A DNA stretch of 64,000 bases. Source: Laetmonice hystrix. Taxonomy: Eukaryota. Below the pieces are notes generated by a model that was not told the origin of the DNA, ran no database searches, and saw nothing but the letters and a program-made list of their open reading frames with translations. Position numbers and translations under genes: made by a program. This document shows, piece after piece, positions 60,783 to 64,000 of the stretch. The stretch's first letter is position 1. Each line of letters opens with the position of its first letter. Where the stretch lies: assembly GCA_965235115.1 (NCBI GenBank), contig OZ249445.1, positions 20,150,001 through 20,214,000 of the forward strand. Direction: 5' to 3'.

Positions 60783-63700
60783 GGTACGAGCAGGGCGGCG
60801 GCGGGAGGCGGACGGACGGCCGGCCGGAGCTCTGACAGCATCCCCCTGCTCGGAGCCCGCTGATTGGTGCGATACACCGCCAGCCGACACCGGCCATCCA
60901 TCAGCTCAGACTTTCTCCGCCTGACACCGCTCCCCCTACCCTCACACCCCCCTCCCCCACTCATCCGACCTGACCCTCCCCCTCACTCCCCCCCCCTGCT
61001 TCCATTCCAACCCAAATACAGCCTCCGCATATAGATCTACACATCATCACAGACTACTACAGCATAATGCTACAACTTTGGCACCCTTACCCTGTCCCCA
61101 CCCCACCTCATGCCCCCACCCCCTTCCGGATCAACCCTCATAGTCTCTCCACACCGCCCCATCTCCACCGTGCTCCAACACCCTTCATCTTCACCACTAT
61201 CAGCAGCCACTGGACGCGCCAGCCACAATAAATAAACTCAGCAAATATGTTTCCATCAAAATATGCCGCACCCCCTCCCCCAGTACACCCCAGGTGGGGG
61301 TGGTGGGTGGGGGGTTACAATGTTTCCCGCCTAGCTGGGGCCATGCCATGTAGCTCCTGACATATACCCTGCCCACCAATCAATCAGTCAAGGCCTGTAT
61401 ATGTCACATATCAATCAATGGACACAAACATAATACAAGACCATGTCATACTGGATCCAAGACTAGTGGAACGGAGGAGGGGGGGGGGTAGGTGCAATGA
61501 TTATTCATTATCTGCCCCCCTCCCCCGTCCTTCCCACCCTCTGACTGGACTGTGCCCCATCAGTGTGACTTATTGTATGTCAATCACTCAATATAATCAA
61601 TCAATCAATCACAGTATGGGACAGGAGTCAATGGGCACAACAATTACCTGCCATGGATACATAATTATGTAACCGCCTTAACAATTTTCTACAATGCCAT
61701 GGACATTTTCCCGATCGAATCCGACGAACATGTGATTGTCTTTCAGATTTAACCCCGCTAAACATCAAATTTATTACAGCCATAAAAGTAAGTAGCTGCC
61801 GAAGCAGGTTATAACTTGGCTCGCCATATTTGGAACCACTGCCGACCTTTACTGATGAGGATCAACATTAACGAGTACTACAGAAGTTTGGAAAGTTAGT
61901 ATTATCCCTAGAAAGTGCAGTCAATCCAAAGGATTCTACTTCTTCAACCCAAAACAGATGGAATCCTCAGAATCACTAGACTCACCTTCTGTATCAGTCG
62001 GACCGGCTCCCAATCAAAGATGTCCCGCCACTGACAAAGTTCACGCCAGTATTATTATGGTTAAATGTTTAGCTGCCTTTCAACAATGTGATTAAAAGCG
62101 AGCTTTTGTTTCCTTGCTGTTCTAAAAACAGCGGATGCCATGCCGAGATGGTGCCACCTGACACATCCCGGCAAAGTGCCGTAAACCCGCCGACGGGTCA
62201 GACGGCACGCAAAATATTATAATGACCTTTTAAACAAAACTTTTTCTTAATAATAATAATAACAACCAGTAATGTGCATAATCTTGAAGCTTACATGGGG
62301 CTTCATCTCCCCAACCTCCGTATAATTATGAGTTCTGTTAATTGAGATTCACTGTAATCAGGGAAACCTTCCAGTGTGTTGCTACCATTATTAACCTGCA
62401 GGTTCGGCTCAGGTTGTCCCATCAACCCGTACCAACTTTTCTTGCTCCAGGTTCATTATAAATGCCAACAGACAGGTTTGGGTGACTGTCCTACAGGCGA
62501 ACTCAGCTTCCGAGACGAAAAGGCCTCTCAGCTATCAATGCCTACTCAAACTTGGGTCCAGTTCAAGCCCAAGTCTGTCCCAATTATCATATTGTGTTTA
62601 TAAACGGATAAAGACGGCACATTGAGCCCTATCTATAGAACCAGTTAAACATGCCCTCCCCCCATCAAATAAAAAACTTCTCTATACGTTAGTTATAGTG
62701 CCAATGAACAAATTGCAGCAGGTTTTTTGTTCTCACGGGCAATAGGAACCAACAGGTACAAGGATACATAAATTATAAAATATGACTCCTCTGACAAGGT
62801 CGGGCCAGGGGAACCCTGTGTAACGTTCCATTGCACAGACTATAATTTTCACATGCATGTGATATTTATTCGCCCGGAGGTCTATAAGGAAACCACATAT
62901 TCTATCTCCAATGCCTCTCACAATGCGTCTTCATTGTTCTTTTCATGCCAAACAAAAGACAGATTTTCGATCTTGTGCTAAAGGAGTTGTAATATAAACC
63001 ACAACAAATTTTCCACCCTAAAGCGATTTCCATACCCCAGATTTTGCGGCCGGTCCCCCCCCCCCCCCTCTTTCCCCCGACCCTGGTGAAGTTATGATTC
63101 GTGGCTCCTCAGCGCCACCCTGACAGCTTGATGAAGGCGTATATAAATATGCACTGCTACGTCTACAGTGTCACATTGCACCTCGTCAACGCGTCACCGA
63201 CCTGCCTTACAGACAACTACACGATCACAACAACTAAAGCGGCAGCTTGCCTCGTTCACACTCAACAATCCTCCAAACCAAATTAATGCTCGCCCCTTGG
63301 TACTCCGATCTGACCTCCGACACACCTCGTATAGAACCCAGCCTCCGGTTGCTAGGGTAACTTACCTTGTTGCCACCTGGGAGCTCGCTGATGCTGCGGT
63401 TGTGCGATTGACACGGTATAAAACAAAAGTACAGTGAGATGTTACTTGTCAGTTAGCTACGAATCTCTCCTCGACTTTTATCTTTGCCACTTATGTCAGC
63501 ATCAAAGGCAACAACCATTGGCGGGCAATGGTTTCCTTCCACTCTCCCTGCCCCCGTACGTGCTAGGCCCCGACCGGGCATTGGGGGGAACAGGGCCGCC
63601 TTCCCGACACATGCTTTCAATTACATCAAACAAAAATATGATATTGGGACTGCGGGGCCAGGTACGCCGCGATACCGTGTGGGTCTCCCACAGGGCCGGC

Positions 63701-64000
63701 GATGAGCGCGCTCCCCTCGGTCAGCACCGGGCCCGCCGCCCGCCCTCCCTCCCGCCCGGACCGACTGGCCGCCTGCTCCCACACCCCGGCCCTGCCTCCC
63801 TCAGCCCCCCGGTTACGATCCGGGCCCGACCCTGGCACCCTCAAAGCTCCCGTACTCGGGGTAAACTACCGGTAATTGGGTGGGCGGGGTCAGGGGTATA
63901 TAGGGTGGGAAACCCTCAGGTGTGGAAACAATGCGACTTGAAGATTGGGCAGACATCGATACCCAGTGATAGCAGGTGCCTGGGTGTGTTACTGACCAGG

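Overview
Animal (invertebrate-like bilaterian) genomic DNA containing spliced genes, all on the minus strand. Left to right: (1) the 5' ~400 codons (11 exons) of a CYP3-clan cytochrome P450 running off the left edge. (2) Two adjacent, strongly diverged paralogs (5204-7558 and 8837-10864), each encoding a ~260-aa signal-peptide-bearing, probably helical protein with an internal two-fold repeat. I cannot assign them to any known family, and the ORF track misses them because they are split into short exons. (3) A myelin regulatory factor (MYRF) gene with 21 hand-traced exons from 50066 to 15133 (NDT80 domain, S74/ICA autoprotease, TM, luminal domain). Its first exon is unresolved, with candidates near 60.4-60.8 kb, 57.3 kb and 35.9-36.1 kb. 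MYRF introns carry many minisatellites, MITEs and a 3.5-kb Helentron/HINE-like element with a 146-bp dimeric array. The most unusual observations are the unassigned secreted paralog pair and two minisatellites that have tandemly multiplied real MYRF 5' splice sites, one in frame. All gene models were built by manual translation and splice-phase matching; no database searches were run.
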